DNA from: Gemmatimonadaceae bacterium
Lineage (GTDB): Bacteria > Gemmatimonadota > Gemmatimonadetes > Gemmatimonadales > Gemmatimonadaceae
Direction of reading: 5' to 3'
DNA: 64,000 bases
Assembly: GCA_014377535.1 (NCBI GenBank)
Contig: JACMPK010000024.1
Span: 3,942-67,941, forward strand
The notes below the pieces were generated by a model, which worked only from the letters and a program-made list of their open reading frames with translations, made no database searches and was not told the origin of the DNA. The position numbers were made by a program, and so were the translations under genes. Position 1 is the first letter of the stretch. Each line of letters opens with the position of its first letter. Shown piece by piece: positions 17,304-28,436 of the stretch.

Positions 17304-18014
17304 ATGGAAGAAGTTGGGACGTCTCTGGTTGGATACCGAGGTATTCAGGCCGAACTGCTGCTGGCGCTGAAGAAGCACCAGCCATTGACGGCGCGTGAGT
17401 TGGCCGCCCGGTTCGACCTGACGCCCAACGCCATGCGCCGGCATCTGGAAACGTTGGAGGCAGCCGGCTTGGTGCGCCACGCCCGCGAAGTGCGGGGCGT
17501 GGGTGGTCCGGTGCACGCATTTTCACTGTCCGGGGGCGGTGAGGCGCTGTTTCCGCGCCAGTACGCGACGGTGCTGCTGGAAACGCTGGATTCGATTGCC
17601 AGCGAGCATGGGCGCGGTGGCGTGAGCGATTTCTTCCGTCGAAAGTGGACATCGCTAGCGGCCGAGGCGGCGCCGGCGCTGCAGCAGCTCCCGTTGTCGG
17701 AGCGTGTGCAGCTGCTGGCCGAGCTGTGGACGTCTATGGGCTACATGGCGGAAGCCGATGTGGATGTGGATTCGGGGCTTCCGGTTCTGCGCAAGCACAA
17801 CTGCGCGATCCGGGCGGTCGCGGAGCAGTATCCGGAGATCTGTGCGACCGAGGCGGCGTTCATCGCCGACGTCGTCGGGATTCCGGCTGAACGTCGCCAG
17901 CACATTCTGGCGGGGTGCAACACCTGTGAGTACGTGATGGGGCGCGCGCAGCAGGCCTGCGCCCCGACAGATCAGGCAACGAGCAACGCCGGTGATCGGC
18001 GTGGAGAGGCATGA
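17304..18014 (+). CDS. sufR: SufR-like Fe-S cluster biogenesis transcriptional regulator (ArsR/DeoR-type wHTH plus Cys-rich sensor domain)
   Basis: N-terminal wHTH ([30 protein letters not shown]). C-terminal C-X12-C-X24-C-X2-C. Sits immediately upstream of sufB. Confidence 0.75.
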   Translation: MEEVGTSLVGYRGIQAELLLALKKHQPLTARELAARFDLTPNAMRRHLETLEAAGLVRHAREVRGVGGPVHAFSLSGGGEALFPRQYATVLLETLDSIASEHGRGGVSDFFRRKWTSLAAEAAPALQQLPLSERVQLLAELWTSMGYMAEADVDVDSGLPVLRKHNCAIRAVAEQYPEICATEAAFIADVVGIPAERRQHILAGCNTCEYVMGRAQQACAPTDQATSNAGDRRGEA

Positions 18015-18018
18015 CCCC

Positions 18019-19452
18019 ATGAGCACCGAAATCGAGGCCCTCGTCGGCCGAGAGTACCAGTACGGCTTCGTCACCGACATCGCGGCCGACACGATTCCGC
18101 CCGGATTGAGCGAGGATGTGGTGCGCCTGATCTCGGCCAAGAAGCGGGAGCCGGAGTGGCTGCTCGAATGGCGATTGAAGGCGTATCGCCGCTGGTTGAC
18201 GATGAAGGAGCCGACGTGGCCCAATGTTCACTATCCCGCGATCGACTATCAGGCGGTCCGCTACTACTCCGCCCCGGTGACGGCCAAGCCGCTCGGGTCG
18301 CTGGACGAGGTGGATCCGACGCTGTTGGAGACGTACAAGAAGCTCGGCATTCCGCTGGGCGAGCAGAAAATGCTGGCCGGGGTGGCCGTCGATGCGGTGT
18401 TCGACAGCGTGTCGGTGGGCACCACGTACAAGGCCGAGCTGGCGAAGCATGGCATCATTTTCTGCAGCTTCAGCGAGGCGGTGCACGAGCATCCGGAACT
18501 GATCCGGAAGTACCTGGGCAGCGTCATCCCGTACAGCGACAACTTCTTCGCCGCGCTGAATTCTGCGGTCTTCAGTGATGGCAGCTTCTGCTACATCCCG
18601 AAGGGCGTGAAGTGTCCGATGGAACTGAGCACGTACTTCCGCATCAACGCAGCGGACACGGGCCAGTTCGAGCGCACGCTGATTGTGGCCGAGGAGGGCG
18701 CCAGCGTGAGCTATCTGGAAGGGTGCACGGCGCCGAAGCGCAGCACGAACCAGCTGCACGCGGCCGTGGTGGAGCTGATTGCGCTGGACGACAGCACGAT
18801 CAAGTACAGCACCGTGCAGAACTGGTATGCCGGTGACGAGAACGGCGTGGGCGGCATCTACAACTTCGTCACCAAGCGCGGCAAGGCGATGAAGAATGCG
18901 AAGATCTCGTGGACGCAGGTCGAAACGGGGTCGGCGATCACGTGGAAGTACCCGAGCGTGATTCTGCAGGGCGACAACTCCGTCGGCGAGTTCTACTCGG
19001 TGGCCGTCGTCAACAACATGCAGCAGGCCGACACGGGCACGAAGATGATTCACATCGGCCGCAACACGAAGTCGAACATCGTGTCGAAGGGCATCAGCGC
19101 CGGACGCGGGCAGAACAGCTACCGCGGCATGGTGAAGGTGCTGCCGAAGGCGGCGGGTGCACGCAACTACACGCAGTGTGACAGCATGCTGATCGGCAAT
19201 GCATGCGGTGCTCACACCTTCCCGTACATCGAGATCAGCAACAACACGGCGACGCTGGAGCACGAGGCGTCGACGACGAAGATCGGGGAAGATCAGATCT
19301 TCTACCTGAAGCAGCGCGGCATGAGCGCGGAGAATGCGGTCAGCATGATCGTCGCCGGCTTCTGCAAGGAAGTGTTCAAGGAACTGCCGATGGAATTCGC
19401 GCTCGAAGCGCAGCAACTGCTTGGCATCACACTCGAAGGCTCCGTCGGCTGA
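18019..19452 (+). CDS. sufB: Fe-S cluster assembly protein SufB
   Basis: Very strong SufB conservation ([33 protein letters not shown]). GGAGAGG SD lies 10 nt upstream. Confidence 0.95.
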   Translation: MSTEIEALVGREYQYGFVTDIAADTIPPGLSEDVVRLISAKKREPEWLLEWRLKAYRRWLTMKEPTWPNVHYPAIDYQAVRYYSAPVTAKPLGSLDEVDPTLLETYKKLGIPLGEQKMLAGVAVDAVFDSVSVGTTYKAELAKHGIIFCSFSEAVHEHPELIRKYLGSVIPYSDNFFAALNSAVFSDGSFCYIPKGVKCPMELSTYFRINAADTGQFERTLIVAEEGASVSYLEGCTAPKRSTNQLHAAVVELIALDDSTIKYSTVQNWYAGDENGVGGIYNFVTKRGKAMKNAKISWTQVETGSAITWKYPSVILQGDNSVGEFYSVAVVNNMQQADTGTKMIHIGRNTKSNIVSKGISAGRGQNSYRGMVKVLPKAAGARNYTQCDSMLIGNACGAHTFPYIEISNNTATLEHEASTTKIGEDQIFYLKQRGMSAENAVSMIVAGFCKEVFKELPMEFALEAQQLLGITLEGSVG

Positions 19453-19499
19453 GCCGAACGCCACTCCGATCTCCACACACGTAGCAGAGAGACACGATC

Positions 19500-20248
<749 letters not shown>

Positions 20249-20252
<4 letters not shown>

Positions 20253-21571
20253 GCATGACGCACTGGCAGGCGGCGTTCGCTGCCCGCATCGCGCGCGACG
20301 AGCCGCAGTGGCTCGCCCCGATGCGCGCGGCCGCCATGACGTCGTTCAATGCGCTGGGCTTCCCGACGACGGCGCTCGAGGACTGGAATTACACGTCCTT
20401 GTCGTCGATCGCCGAGGTGCCGTTTACCGTCGGCGCGAGTGCGTCGTCCACAACAGTCGCCGACCTCACGCCGTACATGATCAATGCCGAGTGGCCGACG
20501 ATCGTGCTGCTCAACGGCAGCTACTCGCCGTCCCTGTCGTCGCTGGACTCGATTCCAGCCGGCATGCTGGTGATGGACCTGGCGCAGGCCACGCGCGAGC
20601 AGCCCGCCCTGATGCAGCAGCACTTCGGCACGGTCGCGACGAGCGAGCACGCGATGACGTCGATGAACACGGGCCTGATGCAGGATGGCGTGTTCGTGCA
20701 TGTGCCGAAGCACGTCGAGTCCGAAACGCCGATTCACATCCTGCATGTGTCGGATGCGGCGGCGGCGATGTCGGCAAAGTTTCCACGTACGCTGATCGTG
20801 GCGGAGGCATTCGCGAAGGCGACGGTGCTGGAAAGCTTCGTCGGCATGGCCGATGTGGCGTACTTCACGAACCATGTGGCCGAAGTGGTCGTCGGTGAGC
20901 ACGCGACGATCACGCACACGAAGATTCAGCGCGAGTCGGACCTGGCCACGCACGTGAGTACCACGGAAGTGCACCAGGCGCGCAACAGTCATTACGTGAA
21001 CTTCTCGATGGCGATGGGCTCGAAGCTGAGTCGCACCAACGTGTACACGGTGCTGGATGGCGATGGCGGCGGCGTGACGCTGAACGGCCTGTACCTGGGC
21101 AAAGGCACGCAGCACACCGATCACCAGACGCGCATCGAGCATGCGCAGCCGAACTGCTTCAGCCGCGAGCTGTACAAGGGCGTGCTGGACGACGCCTCGC
21201 ATGCGGTGTTCAACGGCAAGGTGTACGTGCACCCGATTGCGCAGAAGACCGACGGCAAGCAGAGCAACCACACACTGCTTCTGTCACCCGATGCCAGGAT
21301 CGACACCAAGCCGCAGCTGGAGATCTTTGCGGACGACGTGCGCTGCACGCATGGCGCGACGGTGGGTCGCATGGACGAGGCGGGCCTGTTTTACATGAAG
21401 AGTCGCGGGGTGCCTGCAGAGACGGCACGTCGGCTGCTGACGTATGCCTTTGCGGCCGACGTGCTCGAGACGATCGAGAACGAGACGGTGAAGCAGGCGC
21501 TGGAGCAGCTGACGCTGGAGCGGTATGCCGGCTCCGGCAACAACACCGCACACGCTGCACGCGAGCACTAG
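20249..21571 (+). CDS. sufD: Fe-S cluster assembly protein SufD
   Basis: SufB/D beta-helix C-terminal conservation (LEIFADDV.C.HGATVG..DE...FY..SRG). Overlaps sufC by 4 nt. Confidence 0.9.
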
Positions 21572-22024
21572 ATGTCCGGTCTCGACGAGCTTTATCAGAG
21601 CATCATCCTGGATCACAACCGGCGGCCGCGCAATTACGGCGAGCCAGCGGTCTGCACGCATCGCGCGAGTGGGCGCAACCCGCTCTGCGGCGATGAGGTG
21701 ACGGTCTGGATGAACGTCGAGGATGAGGTGATCACGGAGGTGAAGTTCGTCGGCCAGGGCTGCGCCATCTCCAAGGCGTCGTCCTCACTGATGACGGAAG
21801 CCATGCTGGGCAAGTCGCGCACGGACGCGCTGGCGATGTTCGATCGGGTGCATGAATTGCTCACCGGCACGCTGGATCCGATGGCAGAGCGGAAGACGCT
21901 GGGCCAGATCGCGGCACTTGGTGGTGTGTCGCGCTTCCCGATCCGCGTGAAGTGCGCGTCGCTGGGCTGGCATGCGTTCCGCAATGCGCTGCTGCACCCA
22001 GAGCCGGTACCATGCACGACGTGA
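21572..22024 (+). CDS. sufU: SUF system NifU-family sulfur-transfer/scaffold protein SufU
   Basis: Aligns by eye with B. subtilis SufU: LY..II.DH...PRN.G, NPLCGD, GQGCAIS.AS.S, FP.R.KCA.L.W. Confidence 0.88.
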   Translation: MSGLDELYQSIILDHNRRPRNYGEPAVCTHRASGRNPLCGDEVTVWMNVEDEVITEVKFVGQGCAISKASSSLMTEAMLGKSRTDALAMFDRVHELLTGTLDPMAERKTLGQIAALGGVSRFPIRVKCASLGWHAFRNALLHPEPVPCTT

Positions 22025-22362
22025 CGCGAGCCGGCAACGCGTACGAAGTCGTGGCGCGGGTGAACGAGCTGGCGACCGGTACCATGCAGGCCGTGGTGCT
22101 GAGCACGGGCGAGAAGGTCTGTTTGATCCGCACTGCGGCCGGCTACTGCGCCCTGGCTGATCGGTGCTCGCACCGCGATTTCCCGCTGTCGGCAGGCGAG
22201 GTCACGAGCGACGGCTTGATCGAATGCTCGTGGCACGGCGCACAGTTCGATCCTGTGACCGGCGTGATGCTCACCGGTCCGGGTGGAGATGACGTGAAGA
22301 CGTACGACGTCCGTATTGAAGACAATTCGATCATGATTGCCCCGACGAGTGCTCCACGATGA
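22012..22362 (+). CDS. Rieske (2Fe-2S) domain protein
   Basis: CSHRD...CSWHGAQFD (CxH...CxxH). Start at internal ATG 22012, overlapping sufU by 13 nt. Confidence 0.85.
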   Translation: MHDVTRAGNAYEVVARVNELATGTMQAVVLSTGEKVCLIRTAAGYCALADRCSHRDFPLSAGEVTSDGLIECSWHGAQFDPVTGVMLTGPGGDDVKTYDVRIEDNSIMIAPTSAPR

Positions 22363-23585
22363 CTTTTCTTGCTCCACGCAGCGATTTCCCCCTGCTCGCC
22401 GACACGCCGACCCTGCACTACCTGGATTCTGCCGCGACCGCGCAGAAGCCACGAGTGGTGTTGGACGCACTGCAGCAGTTCTACGAGCGTGACAATGCCA
22501 ATCCGCACCGCGGTGCGTACGAGCTCTCGGCGCGTGCGACGGAGCGGTACCATGATGCGCGCGCGACGATCGCGACGTTCATCGGTGCGACGGATGCCGA
22601 CTGCACGCTGTTCGTGCGAGGCACGACCGAAGCGATGAACCTGATCGCGTACGGCTGGGGTGATGCGCACATCGGCGCCGGCGATGCGATCGTCGTGACT
22701 GCGATGGATCATCATGCGAGCTTCGTGACCTTCCAGCAGCTTGCGAAGCGCACCGGTGCCGAGTTCCGCATCGCGGAGCTGACGGACGACGGGCGCATCG
22801 ACATGACATCGCTGCGGTCGATGCTGGATTCGCGCGTGAAGCTCATTTCATTTCCGCACGTCTCCAACGCCTTGGGCACGATCAACCCCGTGACGGAGAT
22901 CGTGGCACTCGCGCATGCCGTCGGCGCCGTGGTGGTGTGCGATGGTGCGCAGGCGGTGCCGCACCTGGCGGTGGACGTGGAGGCGCTGGGTGTGGATTTT
23001 TATGCGTTCAGCGGACACAAGGTGGGCGGGCCGATGGGCATCGGCGTGCTGTGGGGCCGCCGCGCGCTGCTGGAGTCGATGTCGCCCTGGCAGTTCGGTG
23101 GCGACATGATCGAGATCGTGGGTGATCAGGTGACGACGTTCAACACGCTGCCGCACCGGTTCGAGGCTGGCACGCCGAACGCCGCCGATGCGGTCGGCCT
23201 GGCGGTCGCCTGCGACTATCTCACGGCACTCGGCATGGATCGCGTGCGTGCACACGAAGTCGAGCTGACCGCGCTGCTGCTGGATGGGCTGCAACTGCTG
23301 GATGGCATCCGCATCTTCGGGCCCATGCATGCGCAGGAGCGCAGTGGCGTGGTAAGCTTCGCGTTCGAGGATGTGCATGCCCACGACCTGGCCACCATTC
23401 TCGACGAACATGGCGTCTGTGTGCGCGCCGGGCACCATTGTGCACAGCCGCTGATGCGCCGCCTTGGTGTGCCGGCCACCGCGCGCGCCTCGGTCTGGGT
23501 GCACACCACCCCAGACGACCTGCACGCGCTGATGACGGCGCTGCAGCATGCCAAGTCGTTGTTCGCCGATGTCGCCCTCCGCTGA
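22359..23585 (+). CDS. sufS: cysteine desulfurase SufS (group II)
   Basis: NANPHRG, FSGHK..GP.G.G.L, RAGHHCAQP active-site region. Overlaps the Rieske gene by 4 nt. Confidence 0.95.
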   Translation: MTFLAPRSDFPLLADTPTLHYLDSAATAQKPRVVLDALQQFYERDNANPHRGAYELSARATERYHDARATIATFIGATDADCTLFVRGTTEAMNLIAYGWGDAHIGAGDAIVVTAMDHHASFVTFQQLAKRTGAEFRIAELTDDGRIDMTSLRSMLDSRVKLISFPHVSNALGTINPVTEIVALAHAVGAVVVCDGAQAVPHLAVDVEALGVDFYAFSGHKVGGPMGIGVLWGRRALLESMSPWQFGGDMIEIVGDQVTTFNTLPHRFEAGTPNAADAVGLAVACDYLTALGMDRVRAHEVELTALLLDGLQLLDGIRIFGPMHAQERSGVVSFAFEDVHAHDLATILDEHGVCVRAGHHCAQPLMRRLGVPATARASVWVHTTPDDLHALMTALQHAKSLFADVALR

Positions 23586-24060
23586 CCCCACGCCGCCGGT
23601 ACCGCTCAAAGCAGGGACACCACCCGATCCACGGGTGGCGTCACTGTATCAGGAGATCATCCTGTCGCACTACCGCACGCCCAGGCACAAGGGCGTGCTG
23701 AGCGGAGCTGCCGCCGGCGTGGAGCACCAGAACCCGCTCTGCGGCGACACCATCTCCATGCAGGTGCAGGTGGATGACGGGCGCATCACGGATGCGGCAT
23801 TCGTCGCTCGTGCCTGCTCCATCACGCAGGCCACCGCGTCCATGCTGCTGTCTCGCGTGATAGGGTTGAGTGTCGCGGAGGCAACGCAGGTCGTTGCGCA
23901 GGTGGAACGGCTCATCGAGCCGGTCACGCCGTTGAGCGAACCGGACGCCGCGTCACTTGGCGACCTCCGCGCACTGGCGAGCGTCGTCCGTTTCCCGGCG
24001 AGGAAAGCCTGCGTGCGGCTCGTCACCGGTGCGATCTCCGACGCGATCGCATTCCGCTGA
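23569..24060 (+). CDS. second SufU/NifU-like paralog
   Basis: SLYQEIILSHYRTPRHKG, NPLCGD, ARACSITQATASM and FPARKACVRL retain the three SufU cysteines. Overlaps the sufS 3' end. Confidence 0.78.
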   Translation: MSPSADPTPPVPLKAGTPPDPRVASLYQEIILSHYRTPRHKGVLSGAAAGVEHQNPLCGDTISMQVQVDDGRITDAAFVARACSITQATASMLLSRVIGLSVAEATQVVAQVERLIEPVTPLSEPDAASLGDLRALASVVRFPARKACVRLVTGAISDAIAFR

Positions 24061-24249
24061 CCGTCGAGCGGCACAACTTTCTTCGCGCGCACGGCTTTCG
24101 GAATCAGTCGCCGAAATGCCATATATCGTGATCAGCGAACGTGACCGAACACGATCGGCGAGCCGACACTGCACCTCACGGTCTTTCCCGGTCGGTGATG
24201 CGGCCCATTTCGCCACCGCCACGAACTCCGACATCGTCCCGACACCAAC

Positions 24250-26136
24250 ATGCACAGCACGATCTCGCGCCTGACCCTGGCTTCCGTCCTGCTCTGGGGT
24301 GCGGCGTGTGGCGATGGTGCCACCACGAAGCCCATCGTGACCACCGCCGGCATCTTCGCATCGGCCACACCCGCGGCAGTCTCGGTGGTGCAGGGCGCGA
24401 CGGGCACTGCGGCGATCGCGGTCGCCCGCATCAACTTCGCCGGCGACATACAGCTGACCGCTGAGGGAGTGCCGTCCGGCGTCACGGCGACGTTCACGCC
24501 GTCCACGCTGGGTGCCGGCGTGGTGACGAGCAGCCTCACACTCGAAGCCTCGGGCACGACGGCCGTCACCACGACCAGCGTGACGGTTCGCGCACGCGGC
24601 ACCGGCGTCGCGGACGCGACGACTCCTGTCTCGCTCACGGTCACGACGGCGGCAATCAATCCAGCGGTCACGCTCGGCGTGGCGCCGGCTACGGCGTCGA
24701 TCGTTGCAGGGCAGGGTGCGACCGCATCGGTGGCCATCACGCGCTCGACCGGCTACACCGGCGGCGTGAACATGTCGGTGACTGGTGCTCCCACTGGCAT
24801 GACGACGGCGTTCTCGTCGGCCAACCCGATCGCTGCCGCCACGGTGAACCTGTCCGTGACCACGCTCACCTCGGTCGTGCCCGGGCAGTACACGCTGACC
24901 GCACGTGCAAACGCCGCCGGCCTCACGGAAGCCACCGCGACGTATGTCGTCACGGTGGCGGCACCACCGACGAATCGGATCACGTGGCGCTTCTGCAATC
25001 CTGACCTCGCGCCGATCTGGTTTGCATACCTCGATGGCAGCGACGGCACCTGGCAGGCGGCGACCGCGGTCGGCGGTGTGTACGACTTTGCCGTTGGACA
25101 GCCGCAGGTCGGCGTCGCATTGGTGCGGACGCAGCAGGGCCGCACCGTGACCGAGATCCGCTACTACGCGCTGGCTGAAGTCGCGGCGGCGGGCGCCGCC
25201 GGGTGCGGGGCCAATCCCGTCATCGGCCCGGAGGCGCTGGCCCGCCTCATTGCCGGCTTTGCGACGCCTGACGAACTGGCCACGCTGTCGCTGGGTGGCG
25301 TGTCCTCGAGTGTGACCAACAGCGGAACGCCCGCGTTCACGATCAGCCGCGTCGTCGACGGCGCGCTGGACCTGATTGCGGTCCGCGCCGACATCGCCAC
25401 CACCAGCGCCCAGCGCGTCGTGATCACGCGGGGCGTGAACGCGGCGAACGGCAGTTCGCTGGGCACGATCGACCTGGCCGGCGGCACTTCATTCGCGCCG
25501 GCGACTGGCAGCGTCACCGTGACCACTCCGAACGACGGTACGATCACCGGCCGCAACCTCTTCACGACTGCCACGCGATCGAGCGCGGTGTTCAGCACCA
25601 CGTTGCTCTCCAGCGGCCTGCCGACTTCGTATCAGGGCGTTCCGGCGGAACGCATGCTCGCAACCGACCTGCAGCAGATTCAGGCGACGCAGGAAGTGGG
25701 CACGACGCTCACGCGCTTCATCGCCCGCTACACGCGTGGTCCAACATCGGTGAGCATGGCGATGCCGGCAGATCCGGGTTCGCCCGTGATCGCGACAGTC
25801 TCCGGTGCGCCGTACGCACGTGCCTCGGTGAGTGCAGTGGTTCCGCAACCTGCCTTCAACGACCGCTTCGTGATCACGTTCGACCAGCAGGCGCGCGCCC
25901 GGCGCTGGGTGATCACGTCCACCACCGCGAGTCGCGTGAACAGCGGCGCGTTTGCGTTCACGATGCCGGACTTCAGCAGCGTGAACGGCTGGCAGAACAG
26001 CTGGGCGCTGGGCTCGGGCGTCGCTGAGCTGGGGAGCAGCTTCAGCGGCCGGACAGGAGCCGCAAACGACGGCTCACCGATCACCGGCACGACGGCGTAC
26101 ACCATCTCGCGCCAAGGCACATTCACCTTTCCCTGA
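24250..26136 (+). CDS. hypothetical lipoprotein with two tandem Ig-like (about 95-aa, T/A/V-rich) repeats and a C-terminal domain of about 390 aa of unknown function
   Basis: Lipobox LLWGAAC. Internal repeat ...QGATGTAAIAV.R..F.G...L...G.P.G.T..F... seen twice. Confidence 0.6.
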   Translation: MHSTISRLTLASVLLWGAACGDGATTKPIVTTAGIFASATPAAVSVVQGATGTAAIAVARINFAGDIQLTAEGVPSGVTATFTPSTLGAGVVTSSLTLEASGTTAVTTTSVTVRARGTGVADATTPVSLTVTTAAINPAVTLGVAPATASIVAGQGATASVAITRSTGYTGGVNMSVTGAPTGMTTAFSSANPIAAATVNLSVTTLTSVVPGQYTLTARANAAGLTEATATYVVTVAAPPTNRITWRFCNPDLAPIWFAYLDGSDGTWQAATAVGGVYDFAVGQPQVGVALVRTQQGRTVTEIRYYALAEVAAAGAAGCGANPVIGPEALARLIAGFATPDELATLSLGGVSSSVTNSGTPAFTISRVVDGALDLIAVRADIATTSAQRVVITRGVNAANGSSLGTIDLAGGTSFAPATGSVTVTTPNDGTITGRNLFTTATRSSAVFSTTLLSSGLPTSYQGVPAERMLATDLQQIQATQEVGTTLTRFIARYTRGPTSVSMAMPADPGSPVIATVSGAPYARASVSAVVPQPAFNDRFVITFDQQARARRWVITSTTASRVNSGAFAFTMPDFSSVNGWQNSWALGSGVAELGSSFSGRTGAANDGSPITGTTAYTISRQGTFTFP

Positions 26137-26207
26137 ACGAGTCGTGACGCGCGCTTGAATCGCGGCAGACCCGAACGAGGGCACCGCAGTTCACGCATGG
26201 ATACGGA

Positions 26208-26240
26208 ACGCGGGCCCCTCGAATGACGAGGGGCCCGCGT
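26208..26240. terminator. 14-bp perfect hairpin between convergent genes (candidate bidirectional terminator)
   Basis: ACGCGGGCCCCTCG-AATGA-CGAGGGGCCCGCGT. There is no strong T-run on either side. Confidence 0.45.
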
Positions 26241-26257
26241 GTCGCATGTACCGCTGG

Positions 26258-28333
26258 TCAGGGAATCGGCGCCGGTCGTGGAATGCCCAGGTCTTCCATG
26301 CGCGGCAGCGTCTTGTTCCGGCGGTATTGCGCCATTGCCCCGCGTATCCTGTCGCTGCGCTCGATCCAGAGCTGCGCCGCCGCGTCATAGCGATTGGTGA
26401 GGTTGCCGAGGTAGGTGGGCCGGTTCTCGTTGCCCCATGCATGCTCGTACAGTTCGCGGCCCAGCACGTAGCCTTCCTTCAGGTCGCCGATGCGGCCGTT
26501 CAGCGGCGAGTTGATGTCGTTCAGGTCATTGCTGGTCTGCGCGTTGATCGGTGTGCTCGCGCGCGCATACATCTGCGCGATTTCCTCGGCAAACTGGAAC
26601 TTCATGCCGATGAAATCCAGGCGGCGTGCGCCGACTTCCATCGCTTCCAGTGCCGCCTGCTCGCGCAGGTCGGGCTGCTGCGCCTTTGCCTGCGCGATGA
26701 GCACCAGTGCCGATTCGGCCTGAATACGCAGCTGCCGGAGCCCAGGACGAATCTTCGCCGTCACGATCTGGCCTTCGGCGGACCATGGATCCAGCCAGTA
26801 CAGCTCATTGCGACCGTCGCCCTGGTTGGTCTGCACCAGCGCGGCATGCGCGGCAGTCAGCTTGCGTTGCGCCTCGTCGATCCTGCCGGTCGTGTCACCG
26901 TGGAAGATGCGGCCGTACGCGCGCTCGAACTCCGGGATGCTCGACTCACCCTGCTGCCACCCTGCCGCCGCGCCGAACAGCACGCCGTACCAGACCTGCT
27001 CGAAGAGCGCGTCGCCGTCGTCATCCCAGTTCGTGTTCAGCACACCGGTCGCGCCGAACGCCTGCCCATCACGGACGAACGCCTGAATGTTGCGCAGTGC
27101 CACGGCGTTGTTCGGATAGACGTGGTTCCAGTTGTTCACGCCCGGCGCCACCCACGTCTCCATGCCGGCGTCCTTGAACGGCTTCAGGCAGCGCTCGAAG
27201 CCGTTGAACGACCAGTAATCCCAGCAAACCGCGAGCATTTCCTTCGGCAGGATGTTCACCAGCTGCGGTGATTCCATCGCGATGTCGGCCCAGAACAGCA
27301 GCCGCTTGCCCGTCGGCTTCAAGGCGGTATTGATGTCGCGCACGAACTGCAGGTAGACCTTGCCCAGTCCCTCCGCCCGCACGCGGTCACGCGTCTGTCC
27401 ACGCCCGAGCTCCACCGTCTCGTCGGCACCGATGTGCATGAAGCGCGACGGAAAGAGCGTGTCGATCTGTGCAAACCATGACGTGATCAGCTCCATGGAA
27501 CCCGGCTTGCCCGGCGCGAGCACGTGCCCATGCGGCGTCTCGGCGAGGTCGGAGTAGAGCTCGTACTTGAGCACATGATGCAGGTGTCCGAACGCTTCCT
27601 GCTCGGGGATCACGTCGATGTGATACTTCGTCGCATACGACACCAGTTCGCGCACATCCTCGCGCGTCATCGCGCCGCGTGGTGGTGCGATCAGCGGGTT
27701 GCCGGCGTAGGCCAGCGAGTGCTCGAAGTACGGCGAGTAGACGTTCAGCTTGACGGCCGCGAAGCGACGGATCTGCGCTTTCTGGTACGACAGCGTGGGA
27801 ATCGGTCCGCGCGAGATGTCGTCGTGGAAGCCGCGATACTTCATGGCGGGCCAGTCGCGGATCGATGCGGCCTGCAGCACGGCCTTCGCGCCAGTACCGG
27901 TGATCAGCTGCTTCAACGTCTGCGCACCGTAGAACAGGCCACGCGACGTGGCACCGATGATGTGCGCCGCGCTCGAGTCGACGAGCAGCAGGTAGCCTTC
28001 AGCCGTCATCGCCGAGTCGAACACCATCTTGTGGTCGCGCATGACCTGCGTGGCGCGCGCGGTACCCAGTCGAATCAGCTCCACGCGGAAGCGGCCCGTG
28101 GTCGCGATGGTGTCCACTCGGATCCGTCGCTCACCAAGCGACTCAGCGAGGTCGCGCGCGGTGAACGCGTCGTCTGCCGATCCTGTGTGGGTGACAGCGA
28201 GGCCGTTGCCGATGGCGACGCGCATGCCGCGCACCACTTCACGCGGCAGCGGGATCAGCGGAATGGGTGCCGACTGTGCGACGACCGGAGCGGCCGCGGC
28301 GGCGCAGAACAACAAGAAGGCTGGAAATCGCAT
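26258..28333 (-). CDS. beta-N-acetylhexosaminidase (glycoside hydrolase family 20)
   Basis: IRDWPAMKYRGFHDDISRG, HIDVIPEQEAFGH and HIGADE catalytic-region motifs. Signal peptide from the internal ATG (MRFPAFLLFCAAAAAPVVAQ). Confidence 0.88.
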   Translation of the reverse strand: MRFPAFLLFCAAAAAPVVAQSAPIPLIPLPREVVRGMRVAIGNGLAVTHTGSADDAFTARDLAESLGERRIRVDTIATTGRFRVELIRLGTARATQVMRDHKMVFDSAMTAEGYLLLVDSSAAHIIGATSRGLFYGAQTLKQLITGTGAKAVLQAASIRDWPAMKYRGFHDDISRGPIPTLSYQKAQIRRFAAVKLNVYSPYFEHSLAYAGNPLIAPPRGAMTREDVRELVSYATKYHIDVIPEQEAFGHLHHVLKYELYSDLAETPHGHVLAPGKPGSMELITSWFAQIDTLFPSRFMHIGADETVELGRGQTRDRVRAEGLGKVYLQFVRDINTALKPTGKRLLFWADIAMESPQLVNILPKEMLAVCWDYWSFNGFERCLKPFKDAGMETWVAPGVNNWNHVYPNNAVALRNIQAFVRDGQAFGATGVLNTNWDDDGDALFEQVWYGVLFGAAAGWQQGESSIPEFERAYGRIFHGDTTGRIDEAQRKLTAAHAALVQTNQGDGRNELYWLDPWSAEGQIVTAKIRPGLRQLRIQAESALVLIAQAKAQQPDLREQAALEAMEVGARRLDFIGMKFQFAEEIAQMYARASTPINAQTSNDLNDINSPLNGRIGDLKEGYVLGRELYEHAWGNENRPTYLGNLTNRYDAAAQLWIERSDRIRGAMAQYRRNKTLPRMEDLGIPRPAPIP

Positions 28334-28436
28334 GCTGGAATGTGCCACGTCGCGGCAGCAAAATCCTCCCGCGGCGGCACTGGCGCGACGCGGCGGCAGG
28401 TCCCGCACCTCTGCCCGGCCTCAGTATGTTCAGCCG

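Noticed and set aside
17860-19476. 538-aa ORF on the minus strand covering all of sufB.
   Set aside because: It lies antisense to a gene with unmistakable SufB conservation. Its product is Arg/Ala/His/Leu-rich with no recognisable motif. Long stop-free antisense frames are expected at this GC content.
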